From Candidatus Aminicenantes bacterium (GTDB lineage Bacteria; Acidobacteriota; Aminicenantia; Aminicenantales; CALLJL01): 64,000 bases of DNA. The stretch covers positions 9,332-73,331 of the forward strand of contig JAOAFQ010000015.1 in NCBI GenBank assembly GCA_026416195.1, in the 5' to 3' direction. The number at the start of each line of letters is the position of its first letter. Position 1 is the stretch's first letter. Under the pieces are notes generated by a model, which saw nothing but the letters and a program-made list of their open reading frames with translations, was not told the DNA's origin and did not search any database. Shown here piece by piece: positions 17,592 through 26,740 of this stretch. The position numbers and the translations under genes were made by a program.

Positions 17592-18685
17592 CTCGTTTTG
17601 ATTTTAAGATAATTTTTATCCATAAACAGGCCTTAAAATATCCGTTGACAGCCCGAATTTTGGCCCGTTTGCAAGTTCCGACTGAAATTATTGATGATTC
17701 TTTAGTCATTCGAGAAGAAATTGAAAAATCACCTGATCCTATAGCCGCAGGTAAAAAAATTCTTTATTTAGCCCAGCAAAAAGGAAAATTTATTAAACCT
17801 TGTCCTTGTACGCCTCGAATGATTCGTTGTGGTTATCTAATTATTAACTCAATTTTAGGGTGTCCAATCGATTGTTCCTACTGTATCCTTCAGGCTTATC
17901 TTGATGATCCTTGGATAACCATTTTTGTCGATGAAGATAAACTCGAAAATAGCTTGAGGCCCTTGCTTAAGGCATCTTTACCAGCCGGCCTAAGAATTGG
18001 TCCGGGTGAATTAACGGATTCCTTAGCTTTAGAGCCTTACACTAGACAAGCTGAAAGATTAGCCCAACTTTTTTATAGAAGTTCCCGCACAATTTTAGAA
18101 TTAAAAACAAAGACGACTAATATTGACTCTTGGCTTGACTGGCCACCGTCACCTAATATTGTCTTCTCCTGGTCTCTTAATGCTGAAACTATTGCTAAAG
18201 AGGAGGAGAAAGGGGCGCCACCAGTGGGTGAGAGAATCAGAGCTGCTGCTCAGCTCGCAATCAGAGGCCATCAGGTAGGTTTTCATTTTGATCCCTTGAT
18301 TTATTTTGAAGGTTGGGAAAGGGAATATGAAAAAGTTATTAAAGAGCTCTTTGCCTTAATTCCATCTAAGCTTATCCGTTGGATTAGTCTTGGAGCATTA
18401 CGCTACCCTCTTAATTTCCGAAAAATTATTCTTTTGAGATTTCGCCACAAAGCCATTTTTGCTAGCGAAATGATTATCGGCCGAGATGGTAAATTTAGAT
18501 ACTTTAAGCCTTTACGCATAAAACTTTATACCCGCATTTATGAGATGATCAGAGATTATGGGGGAGAAAACCTACCACTTTATCTTTGTATGGAAGATGA
18601 GGAAGTTTGGGAGTTAATTTTAAAGAAAAAACCGGAGAGGAGAAAAGACCTTTTTCTTCTTTTCTCCCCTCCGGTAAATAATTAG
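17588..18685 (+). CDS. radical SAM protein, spore-photoproduct-lyase (SplB/COG1533 DNA repair photolyase) family
   Basis: CxxxCxxC motif GCPIDCSYCILQAYL at about residue 92, 365 aa. Overall SplB-like size and motif placement. Confidence 0.65.
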   Translation: MTRFDFKIIFIHKQALKYPLTARILARLQVPTEIIDDSLVIREEIEKSPDPIAAGKKILYLAQQKGKFIKPCPCTPRMIRCGYLIINSILGCPIDCSYCILQAYLDDPWITIFVDEDKLENSLRPLLKASLPAGLRIGPGELTDSLALEPYTRQAERLAQLFYRSSRTILELKTKTTNIDSWLDWPPSPNIVFSWSLNAETIAKEEEKGAPPVGERIRAAAQLAIRGHQVGFHFDPLIYFEGWEREYEKVIKELFALIPSKLIRWISLGALRYPLNFRKIILLRFRHKAIFASEMIIGRDGKFRYFKPLRIKLYTRIYEMIRDYGGENLPLYLCMEDEEVWELILKKKPERRKDLFLLFSPPVNN

Positions 18686-18697
18686 GCTAATTTAAAA

Positions 18698-19120
18698 TCA
18701 ATCAGCTTTGGTTGTTTTCTTTTCGGCAATGATGCCCACGACTTCAATCCCTGCATCTTTAATGATGTCAATGAGATCGACAATTTTGCCATATTCGAGA
18801 TCTTGATCAGCCCGTAAGTAGAGCTTTTTCTCCTTGGCATTCAAAAAAGCTTCTTCAAGCAAAGTCTGAAGATTTTCTACGGTAGCCTTATCTTGGTTAA
18901 CATACATCGTTCCGTCTTTCTTAATCGCTAGGACAACTTCCGGGTTGTCAGGCATGCTGATGGTGTTGAGGGCTGAAGGTAACTTAACATCAACGCCTTT
19001 TTGAACGAGCGGAGTGACAATCATAAAGATGATAAGAAGAACTAGCAACACGTCGCAGAGGGGAACGACATTTGGTTCGGCCTGATATTTATCTTCCTTG
19101 CCTGGAATTGAGACCGCCAT
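18698..19120 (-). CDS. exbD: biopolymer transport protein ExbD/TolR
   Basis: 140 aa, single N-terminal TM (VPLCDVLLVLLIIFMIV) plus a periplasmic domain. Downstream of exbB and tonB. Confidence 0.8.
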   Translation of the reverse strand: MAVSIPGKEDKYQAEPNVVPLCDVLLVLLIIFMIVTPLVQKGVDVKLPSALNTISMPDNPEVVLAIKKDGTMYVNQDKATVENLQTLLEEAFLNAKEKKLYLRADQDLEYGKIVDLIDIIKDAGIEVVGIIAEKKTTKAD

Positions 19121-19183
19121 TTTTTCTACTCCTCCTCTTCAGGTTAATCTCTTAACCTGAAGATAAGTATATCCCCAAATTAA

Positions 19184-19864
19184 TTATTTCTTTTCCTGAC
19201 GGACAAAGAAGTCAACGATTTGTGAAGTCGTATTGCTCATTTCGGCTTCATAAACTTCGATCCGAGCGTTGAGCAAGTTATAGAACCAAAGCGCGATAAC
19301 TGCCACAGCGATCCCGAAAGCTGTAGTAACGAGAGCTTCAGCGATACCCGCCGCCACCGCTCCTATACCTCCAGATCCAGTCAGAGCCATTCCTCGGAAG
19401 GCATTAATGATGCCAAAAATTGTTCCGAAAAGGCCAATAAATGGAGCCGAGGTGGCGATAGTAGCCAAAACGCTCATGCCTCTCTTCAATTCTTGAGAAA
19501 AGATGGCTGCAGCCCGTTCGCAGCCTCGTTGAGCTGATTCGATTCTTTCCTCAAGACTGAGATTAGCTTCGCTGCTTTCAAGGAATTCTTGAATACCGCC
19601 AGCCGTAACTCTGGCCAGATGACTACCTCTATTTTCCTTTTTGCTGGCTAGAGTCAGAGCTTCCTTAAGCTGTCCATTCTTAAGGAGATCAGCTAGTTTA
19701 GGCGCTACTTGCTTGGACTTGTTCCGAGCTCGGACGAAAGTTAAATTTCTTTCAATTAGCAGGTAAAGAGAAACAACCGAAAGAAAGATGAGAATAATGG
19801 CTACAGTTTTGGCCACAGCACCCATGGCCTGCCACATCTCGATCAAACCGAATTGCATATGCAT
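19184..19864 (-). CDS. exbB: MotA/TolQ/ExbB proton-channel protein
   Basis: 226 aa, three TM segments with the conserved C-terminal TM pair (GIAEALVTTAFGIAVAV). Confidence 0.8.
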   Translation of the reverse strand: MHMQFGLIEMWQAMGAVAKTVAIILIFLSVVSLYLLIERNLTFVRARNKSKQVAPKLADLLKNGQLKEALTLASKKENRGSHLARVTAGGIQEFLESSEANLSLEERIESAQRGCERAAAIFSQELKRGMSVLATIATSAPFIGLFGTIFGIINAFRGMALTGSGGIGAVAAGIAEALVTTAFGIAVAVIALWFYNLLNARIEVYEAEMSNTTSQIVDFFVRQEKK

Positions 19865-19901
19865 TTAGATACCTCCTTTTTAATCTTGGAAAGTCTATTT
19901 T

Positions 19902-20657
19902 TTATTTCAGCTGAAATCTTACCGTTACTGTAAAGATAACGGGCCTTGGCCGTCCGTTGATGATCATTGGCTCATAAACCCATTGTCTGACAGCATCAAT
20001 CGCGGCTTGGTCGAGAAGAGGAATGGAGCGGAGAACTTTAACCTCGCGGACGCGACCATAAATATCTGTAGTGCATTCAAGAATGACAATTCCTTCTACT
20101 CGGGCTTGTCGAGCGATTTCAGGATAAACTGGGTCGACTTTATGGATAAGTTTAGGTGGTTTAATTTCACCAATAGCTCTAACAGGAGCTTCAACTTCAC
20201 CCACAACTCCCCCCAGGACACCACCAACCACGCCGCCCAGAACGCCACCAACAACACCGCCCTCAACGCCACCTTCAACCCCGCCTTCGACGCCGAAATC
20301 AGAGAGTTGTTCTTCCGCAATTTCTTGAGGTATTTCGACTGGAGCAATCAGTTTGCCCGGCTGAATAGTTGTCTGCGTTTGAACCGGTTTTATTCTGGTT
20401 TTGGCTTCAGATGATCTTTTTTTAGCTGGAGGCGGAGGTGGAGGTGGAGGTGGTGGTGGAGGGGCCAAGAAAGCACTATAAACTTCAACCTTAGGTAATT
20501 GGCCAGTTGAAAGAAGAGGAATAACAATCATAGCCAAAATAAGAATCGCATGAATAACTATTGCAATCGGAAAAGCCAAGGCTTTACGGCCGGTTGCTTT
20601 CTCACTATGGTAAAAAGAATCTTTAAAGAGGCGCGGGATTTGATTTTTCTCAGCCAT
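19902..20657 (-). CDS. tonB: energy transducer TonB
   Basis: N-terminal TM anchor, Pro12 linker, (GGVx)8 repeat, and C-terminal TonB domain ARVEGIVILECTTDIYGRVREVKVLRSIPLLDQAAIDAVRQWVYEP. Confidence 0.8.
   Translation of the reverse strand: MAEKNQIPRLFKDSFYHSEKATGRKALAFPIAIVIHAILILAMIVIPLLSTGQLPKVEVYSAFLAPPPPPPPPPPPPAKKRSSEAKTRIKPVQTQTTIQPGKLIAPVEIPQEIAEEQLSDFGVEGGVEGGVEGGVVGGVLGGVVGGVLGGVVGEVEAPVRAIGEIKPPKLIHKVDPVYPEIARQARVEGIVILECTTDIYGRVREVKVLRSIPLLDQAAIDAVRQWVYEPMIINGRPRPVIFTVTVRFQLK
20199..20294. repeat. imperfect 12-nt tandem repeats encoding (GGVx)8 inside tonB
   Basis: Plus strand reads ...CACCACCAACCACGCCGCCCAGAACGCCACCAACAACACCGCC..., giving the protein GVEGGVEGGVEGGVVGGVLGGVVGGVLGGVVG. 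Confidence 0.6.
20427..20462. repeat. (GGN)12/(CCN)12 triplet repeat encoding the Pro12 linker of TonB
   Basis: Plus strand reads ggaggcggaggtggaggtggaggtggtggtggagg. Confidence 0.6.
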
Positions 20658-20740
20658 TTTAAACCTCTTAATTAAAGTAATAAACCATCTTCATGTTAAA
20701 GTATAGATTAAAAAATTTTTTTTTACAAGTCTATAAATAT

Positions 20741-21901
20741 TCATTTTAATCTTTTTTTGGGCTGAAAGATCTTATGCCAGTAAAGGACGAGGGGGCAGGA
20801 TTGGTAAACTGAAGAATAAGTGCCTATGATTAAACCTATGAGAAGAGTAAAGGCAAAATCGTTGATTACTTTGCCGCCGAATAAAAATAAAAATAAAACC
20901 GCTACCAAGGTTGTCCCAGCCGTCAGAACAGTTCGGCTTAATGTCTGATTAATACTGATATTCATGAGCTCTTCTAGGGGTAATTTTCTTAAAATTTTTA
21001 AATTTTCTCTAACCCGATCAAAAATAACAATCGTATCGTTGATCGAATAACCAACAAGAGTAAGGATGGCGGCGATGATGGGCAAATTTATTTCCCTATC
21101 AGTAAAGGAATAAATACTAAGAGTGACTAAAACATCGTGAGCTAAAGTCAGAACACCAGCCACTCCATAAGCTAATTTAAAACGAAGAGCTATATAGACT
21201 AGCATACCAATTAAAGCCCAAACCGTGGCCAAAATAGCTTTTCTCCTTAGTTCTTTTCCAGCTTGAGGGCCAACCGTCTCTCGGCTAAGAACACAGAGGG
21301 AACCAAGAAAACATTTTTCTTGAAGATATTTGATTATTTCTTGTTTAAGACCAATTTGTCGTAGATCCTCAAAGGTGTCAATTATTCCCTTTTCATCCCT
21401 TAAGGCAATTATTTTCTTGGCTGCTTCTTCGGCTTCTTCGGGGAAAGTAGGCAATAGAAGGTTAATTAATTCTTTTTGATCAACCGAATTAAGATCTTTA
21501 AATCCCTTAGCTATTTGAGCTGCATCTTCAGGTTTTTGAAGGGCTTCAACCACCATATTGCCAATAACTACATGCGTCTCAATTTCTTCGGGTTTTTCTT
21601 CGCCTCTTTTTATCAGGCCAGCAGTTCTAATCTGATATTCTTTATGTCCCCTTTCTATTTCCTGAATGATGCTATTGCCAAGACCTTTTGGGGTTAAACG
21701 AGCCCTGATTTCCTCAGTGGTTATAGGTTCGCGGAATTTAAGGCGAATGAAAGTGCCACCAGTAAAATCAATCCCAAATTTTAATCCTTTACCTAGGGTT
21801 ATATTCAATAAGCCTGCCAAGATGATTAGCCCTGAAAGGGCAAAAGCAAAATACTTGTATTTTAGAAATTTGATATTTGGTTGCTTGAATAAGGTAACCA
21901 T
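20741..21901 (-). CDS. secF: protein-export membrane protein SecF (with enlarged periplasmic loop)
   Basis: SecD/SecF C-terminal 6-TM core. 386 aa, with about 185 aa between TM1 and TM2. Directly downstream of secD. Confidence 0.85.
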   Translation of the reverse strand: MVTLFKQPNIKFLKYKYFAFALSGLIILAGLLNITLGKGLKFGIDFTGGTFIRLKFREPITTEEIRARLTPKGLGNSIIQEIERGHKEYQIRTAGLIKRGEEKPEEIETHVVIGNMVVEALQKPEDAAQIAKGFKDLNSVDQKELINLLLPTFPEEAEEAAKKIIALRDEKGIIDTFEDLRQIGLKQEIIKYLQEKCFLGSLCVLSRETVGPQAGKELRRKAILATVWALIGMLVYIALRFKLAYGVAGVLTLAHDVLVTLSIYSFTDREINLPIIAAILTLVGYSINDTIVIFDRVRENLKILRKLPLEELMNISINQTLSRTVLTAGTTLVAVLFLFLFGGKVINDFAFTLLIGLIIGTYSSVYQSCPLVLYWHKIFQPKKRLK

Positions 21902-21903
21902 CT

Positions 21904-23451
21904 TTAAATACTCAACCTATCCGGTCTTTTCTTCTTCAAGAGAATAAAATCGAAAATCAGTCGTGAGACAAAAACGGCAGTAAACATGCTAGCCAAAATA
22001 CCAATAATCAAAGTGACGGCAAAGCCTTTGACTGGACCAGTGCCAAATTGGAAGAGAAATATAGCGGCAATAATTGTGGTCAAATTGGAATCAAGAATTG
22101 TTCGAAAGGCTCGAGAAAAACCAGCGGCCACCGAATTAATAACTCCTTTGCCAGCCGCTAGTTCCTCCCTTATCCTTTCAAAAATCAAAATATTGGCATC
22201 AACCGCCATACCGATTGTCAGAATAATTCCAGCTATTCCGGGGAGAGTCAGGGTAGCTCTGAAATAACCTAAGCCTCCAAAAATGATAATCATATTTAAA
22301 ATTAGGGCAACTACGGCATTAATTCCTGAAAGCCGATAATAATAAACCATAAAAATCATGACGACTACCAGAGCGATAATTCCAGCCCTAAGCCCTTTAC
22401 GGATTGAATCGAGGCCAAGGGCAGGGCCTACTGTTCTTTCCTCAAGATACCTTATAGAAGCTGGTAAGGCTCCAGCCCGCAGAACTAGGGCTAAATCTTC
22501 AGCTTCTTCAATAGTAAACCGGCCATGAATGATCCCACTATCGGAAATTCTATCTTGGATTGTTGGGGCTGATTGGACTCGGCCATCGAGCACAATGGCT
22601 AGAGGCTTGCCAATGTTTTCGCTAGTGACTTTTTCGAAGCGACGAGCCCCATCTGGACTAAGAGAGAAAGCAACCGCTGGATTATTCCATTCATCCACTG
22701 AGCGACGAGCCGTTCTCAAATCTTTGCCAGTAATAGCCGCTACTTTGCTAACCAAATAATACCCCCCGGATGTTCTTTTTGGATCGCCGCGGACGACTTC
22801 AGCATCTTCAGGGATTTCCCCTCCAAATTCTTTGAGCAGGGTCTCTTCATCAGGAGCTGGGCCGGCCTTGACTAATTTAAACTCAAGGAGAGCCGTGGTT
22901 CTAATTATATTTTTAACTCTTTCTGGATTTTCGACTCCGGGTAATTCGACAATAATTCTTTCGCCAGCTAAACCCTGTCTTTGAATGGTGGGTTCAGCGA
23001 CTCCAAACTGATCAATACGGTTCCTAATGGTCTCCAAAGCTTGATTTACGGCTTGATCTCGAATATAGCGATCTACCTCGGGCCGCAAATTGAGGGTGAC
23101 AGCTTGCCCGCTAAAAGAATAATTCCAGTCTCGGAAAAAATCGTCCAAGATCTCTCGGATTTTACCTTCATCGTCTATCTTGATTCCTTCAGCTCGAAAA
23201 TGGCCAGGATTAATTTTGCTAATTTTCTCAAAAGCAATTTCTTTTTTCTTTAGTTGTTCCTGCAAGCGAGCAATAGCCTGATCAGTCTCGATATTCACCG
23301 CATCGTCAGTCATTACTTGAAGAGCCAAATGAACCCCTCCTTTAAGATCAAGACCGAGCCTGATTTTTTCTTTCGGGGGAATGACTAAAAAAATTGATAA
23401 ACCAATGACTAAAAGTGATAGGAGGGCACGCCAACCTAAACTTCTTTTCAT
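21904..23451 (-). CDS. secD: protein-export membrane protein SecD
   Basis: 515 aa, large periplasmic P1 domain and SecDF TM core (GLDLKGGVHL...). Confidence 0.9.
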   Translation of the reverse strand: MKRSLGWRALLSLLVIGLSIFLVIPPKEKIRLGLDLKGGVHLALQVMTDDAVNIETDQAIARLQEQLKKKEIAFEKISKINPGHFRAEGIKIDDEGKIREILDDFFRDWNYSFSGQAVTLNLRPEVDRYIRDQAVNQALETIRNRIDQFGVAEPTIQRQGLAGERIIVELPGVENPERVKNIIRTTALLEFKLVKAGPAPDEETLLKEFGGEIPEDAEVVRGDPKRTSGGYYLVSKVAAITGKDLRTARRSVDEWNNPAVAFSLSPDGARRFEKVTSENIGKPLAIVLDGRVQSAPTIQDRISDSGIIHGRFTIEEAEDLALVLRAGALPASIRYLEERTVGPALGLDSIRKGLRAGIIALVVVMIFMVYYYRLSGINAVVALILNMIIIFGGLGYFRATLTLPGIAGIILTIGMAVDANILIFERIREELAAGKGVINSVAAGFSRAFRTILDSNLTTIIAAIFLFQFGTGPVKGFAVTLIIGILASMFTAVFVSRLIFDFILLKKKRPDRLSI

Positions 23452-23494
23452 TAGGCCATCATCCTGTCCATGAGATCGATCGAAGAAGAGAAAA

Positions 23495-23845
23495 TTAACT
23501 TTCGGTTTTTGCTTCCGGCTTTTGTCTTTCTAGAATAACCGCCACTGCGCTCTTTGTTATATCAATTTTAACGTTAGCGGCTATCTTTAATTCAATCCGG
23601 TCAGGATAAACACCCATCACAGTGCCAAAAATTCCTCCCGTCGTTATAATCCTATCTCCAGGTTTAAGTGATTCCACCATTTGCATATGCTTTTTCTGTC
23701 GCCTTTGTTGAGGAAGAATAAGGAGTAACCAAAAAATGACGAGAACAATAATAAAAGGAAAGAGAGCGGTCAGAAGACCCGGTCCTTTAGCTTGGGATGG
23801 TGGCTGAGCTTGAGCCATCAACTGAACTAAATTAATTAAATTCAT
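23495..23845 (-). CDS. yajC: preprotein translocase subunit YajC
   Basis: 116 aa, single TM, and GDRIITTGGIFGTVMGV motif. Confidence 0.85.
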   Translation of the reverse strand: MNLINLVQLMAQAQPPSQAKGPGLLTALFPFIIVLVIFWLLLILPQQRRQKKHMQMVESLKPGDRIITTGGIFGTVMGVYPDRIELKIAANVKIDITKSAVAVILERQKPEAKTES

Positions 23846-24966
23846 TCCTCCTTTTCCTTATCGGCTTCTGAGAGACTTGCTTTCAGAGAGCCAAAAGAAT
23901 TAGACGCTATAGATTGCCGTATTTTGCGGAAGATGTCAAGATAAAAATGAAGATTATGGATTGTATTTAGAATGGAGGAAGTTATTTCTTGTCGTTCATA
24001 AAGATGGCGAAGATAAGCTCGTGAAAAATATCGACAGGTATAACAAGAACAATGTTCATCAATTGGCCGTTTATCCTCAGCATATTTTTTTTGCTTAATT
24101 ACAATTTTCCCATGGCTAGTGAAAAGAGTTCCGGTTCTGGCGTTACGAGTCGGCAGAACACAATCGAAGAAATCAATTCCTTGGCTAACCGCCTCAAGAA
24201 TATCACTGATATAGCCCATGCCCATTAAATAACGTGGCTTGTCTTCTGGGAGAAGTTGGACACAATTGTTGATAATTTTTATTAATTCAGTTTTTGGTTC
24301 ACCTAATCCAAGCCCTCCGAGAGCATAGCCATCAAAGTCAAGTTTAAGAAGAAATTCAAGACTTTGACGCCGAAGATCAGAGAAGGTTCCTCCTTGGCAA
24401 ATTCCCCAAAGTTGTTGGGTCGTTTCCTTTTTCTTAAATTCTTCTTTCGATCTTTTTGCCCAGAGTGAGGTTATAGAGACAGCCTCTCGATGCTGGTCAA
24501 AGGGGGCTGAATAAGGAACAAAATAATCGAGAACCATCATTATGTCTGTTCCCAAACGGAGCTGAAGATTAACGACATCTTCAGGCCGGAGGAAAATCTT
24601 CTGACCATCTAGGTGAGAAGAAAAATAGACACCATCAAGTGAAATTTTAGCTAAAGGCGAATGACTGTAGATTTGAAAACCACCACTATCGGATATAATA
24701 GGTTTTGGCCAAGAAATAAAGGAATGAAGCCCGCCCATTCTTTCAATAAGTTCAATTCCGGGGCGAAGATACAAGTGATAGGAATTGACCAGTATAACCT
24801 GAGCGCCTAATTCTTCCAATTGGGCAAAGGTTAAGGCCTTAACTGTGCCTTGGCTAGCTACAGGGGCAAACGCAGGGGTTTCGATCGGCCCATGAGGGGT
24901 AAGGATAAGACCGAGCCTGGCTTGGCTCTGGCTATCCCGGTGGGTTACTATAAATCCTTTTCTCAT
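23842..24966 (-). CDS. tgt: queuine tRNA-ribosyltransferase (tRNA-guanine transglycosylase)
   Basis: DSGGFQ motif and zinc site CSCYTCRYFSRAYLRHL. Canonical tgt-yajC-secDF arrangement. Confidence 0.9.
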   Translation of the reverse strand: MRKGFIVTHRDSQSQARLGLILTPHGPIETPAFAPVASQGTVKALTFAQLEELGAQVILVNSYHLYLRPGIELIERMGGLHSFISWPKPIISDSGGFQIYSHSPLAKISLDGVYFSSHLDGQKIFLRPEDVVNLQLRLGTDIMMVLDYFVPYSAPFDQHREAVSITSLWAKRSKEEFKKKETTQQLWGICQGGTFSDLRRQSLEFLLKLDFDGYALGGLGLGEPKTELIKIINNCVQLLPEDKPRYLMGMGYISDILEAVSQGIDFFDCVLPTRNARTGTLFTSHGKIVIKQKKYAEDKRPIDEHCSCYTCRYFSRAYLRHLYERQEITSSILNTIHNLHFYLDIFRKIRQSIASNSFGSLKASLSEADKEKEE

Positions 24967-26033
24967 GAGGTAAAACGAAAAGTGACTACATCGCCATCGC
25001 GAATTAGATAATCTTTTCCTTCAAGACGAAGTTCCCCTTTTTCTTTAACTGCTTGAAGCGAACCATAAGCTAGAAGGCTCTCAAGGGCCACGACTTCAGC
25101 TCGGATGAATCCTTTTTCCATATCTGAGTGAATGTAACCAGCTGCTCGTTGGGCTGGGGTATTTTTTGGCAGGGGCCAGGCCCGAACCTCATCCTTACCA
25201 ATAGTAAAGAAGAAAATAAGATTTAGCCACTGGGGCAATAGAGAAAAGAAAGCCGCTTGGCAACCACAACCACAACCATATTCCTCAAGAAAAGCCTTTC
25301 TATCTTCGGGATCAAGCTGGGCAATTTCACTTTCGATCAAACCAGCAAAGATCAAAAAAGGCGAACTAATTTTCTCCTTAAATAGCCAGGAATTAGCTGT
25401 TTTTAGTCTTTTCTCATCCACATTGATTAAGTGGAGCAAAGGTTTTTGACTCAAGAAAGCATAACTGCGAACTGTTTTTTCTTCTTGGGGAGTTAAAGTA
25501 AAAGTCCGAATTGGTTGTCCTTCCATTAAGCCAGCTTGTAATTTCAAGAGAAGTTCTTTTTCTTGATGAAGCTCAGTCGGGCTTCCTCGTTTTAATTCTT
25601 TTTCGATTTTGCCAAGTCGATTTTCGATGACTATTAAATCAGCAACCATAAGTTCTTCTTCCATAAAGCTAATATCCTTTAAAGGATCAATCTCGCCTCG
25701 AAGATAGGGTAGTTGAGTTGATTCGAAAGCCCGAACAACATGAAGCAAACCGTTAGCTCGCCTTAAAGTGGCCAAGGTTTTTCCAGCCTTGATATCACCG
25801 TAAGCAACTCCTGGAAGATCCACAATTTCAACGGTCGCTTCTATTTTTCTTTTTTCTGGATAAAGAGCGGACAGTTGATCCAACCGAGGGTCAGGAATTG
25901 AAATTGTTCGTTGATGAAGGCTATCTTTTAATTCTTTATGAGCTCCAATCTCACCCTTAGTTCCACTGAGTAAATTAAATAAGGTGGTTTTCCCAGTTTT
26001 GGGATAACCAAAAATCGTTAAAATCATAAGCAT
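24963..26033 (-). CDS. ychF: Obg-family GTPase/ATPase YchF-like (divergent)
   Basis: P-loop GYPKTGKTTLFN. C-terminal TGS-like EKGFIRAEVVALESLL...DGDVVTFRF resembles the YchF C-terminus. Confidence 0.65.
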   Translation of the reverse strand: MLMILTIFGYPKTGKTTLFNLLSGTKGEIGAHKELKDSLHQRTISIPDPRLDQLSALYPEKRKIEATVEIVDLPGVAYGDIKAGKTLATLRRANGLLHVVRAFESTQLPYLRGEIDPLKDISFMEEELMVADLIVIENRLGKIEKELKRGSPTELHQEKELLLKLQAGLMEGQPIRTFTLTPQEEKTVRSYAFLSQKPLLHLINVDEKRLKTANSWLFKEKISSPFLIFAGLIESEIAQLDPEDRKAFLEEYGCGCGCQAAFFSLLPQWLNLIFFFTIGKDEVRAWPLPKNTPAQRAAGYIHSDMEKGFIRAEVVALESLLAYGSLQAVKEKGELRLEGKDYLIRDGDVVTFRFTS

Positions 26034-26110
26034 AGTAAACTCTCTCTTCCGAGATCTGTCAAGGGCTATCTCTTGATTTTCTTTTCTTAAATTGATTATA
26101 TTAACGACTC

Positions 26111-26740
26111 ATGGAAGAGCAGAAAAAGAAAAAAAGAGACAAGAATATTGTCCGTGAGTATTTTGAACTCATAGCAGAAACAGCGGTTTTTGTTTTTTTT
26201 GTTATGACTTTTGTTGTTCAGGCTTTTCAGATTCCCACAGGCTCAATGGAGCCAACCCTTCTGGTAGGCGATTTCCTTTTGGTCAATAAAATGGTTTATT
26301 CTCAACCAATCTATGGCCTGGAGAGAATTCTCATTCCTAGACGCGAGATCCGACGACATGATATCGTTGTTTTTAAATTTCCTCAGGATTTGAGCCGAGA
26401 TTTTGTCAAGCGAGTTATTGCTCTTGAAGGCGAAAAATTAGAAATCAAAGACAAGCAAGTTTTTATCAATGATCAGCCTCTTAATGAGCCTTACAAAGTT
26501 CATAATGACCGTAATGTTTATAATAGAGAAAATTACTATCATTATGATGATTTAATTCGAGATAATTTCGGGCCAGTAATTGTTCCTAAGGGACATCTTT
26601 TTGTGATGGGAGACAATCGCGATAATAGTTTGGATTCAAGGTATTGGAGTTTTCTTCCTATCAAATATATTAAAGGTAGGCCGTGGGTAATTTATTTTTC
26701 CCGACGTCACTTAGGTCGGATTCTCAAGGTTATCCATTGA
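26111..26740 (+). CDS. lepB: signal peptidase I
   Basis: S26 catalytic boxes GSMEPTL and GDNRDNSLDSRYW. A possible promoter TTGATT-17-TATATT lies upstream. Confidence 0.85.
   Translation: MEEQKKKKRDKNIVREYFELIAETAVFVFFVMTFVVQAFQIPTGSMEPTLLVGDFLLVNKMVYSQPIYGLERILIPRREIRRHDIVVFKFPQDLSRDFVKRVIALEGEKLEIKDKQVFINDQPLNEPYKVHNDRNVYNRENYYHYDDLIRDNFGPVIVPKGHLFVMGDNRDNSLDSRYWSFLPIKYIKGRPWVIYFSRRHLGRILKVIH

Noticed and set aside
16990-17709. 111-aa and 78-aa minus-strand ORFs
   Set aside because: Antisense to the ParB-like and radical SAM genes.
19983-20414. 143-aa plus-strand and 83-aa minus-strand ORFs inside tonB
   Set aside because: Generated by the Pro/Gly-Val tandem repeats; antisense or out of frame with TonB.
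21476-23253. Several 70-95 aa plus-strand ORFs
   Set aside because: Antisense to secF and secD. No ribosome-binding sites.
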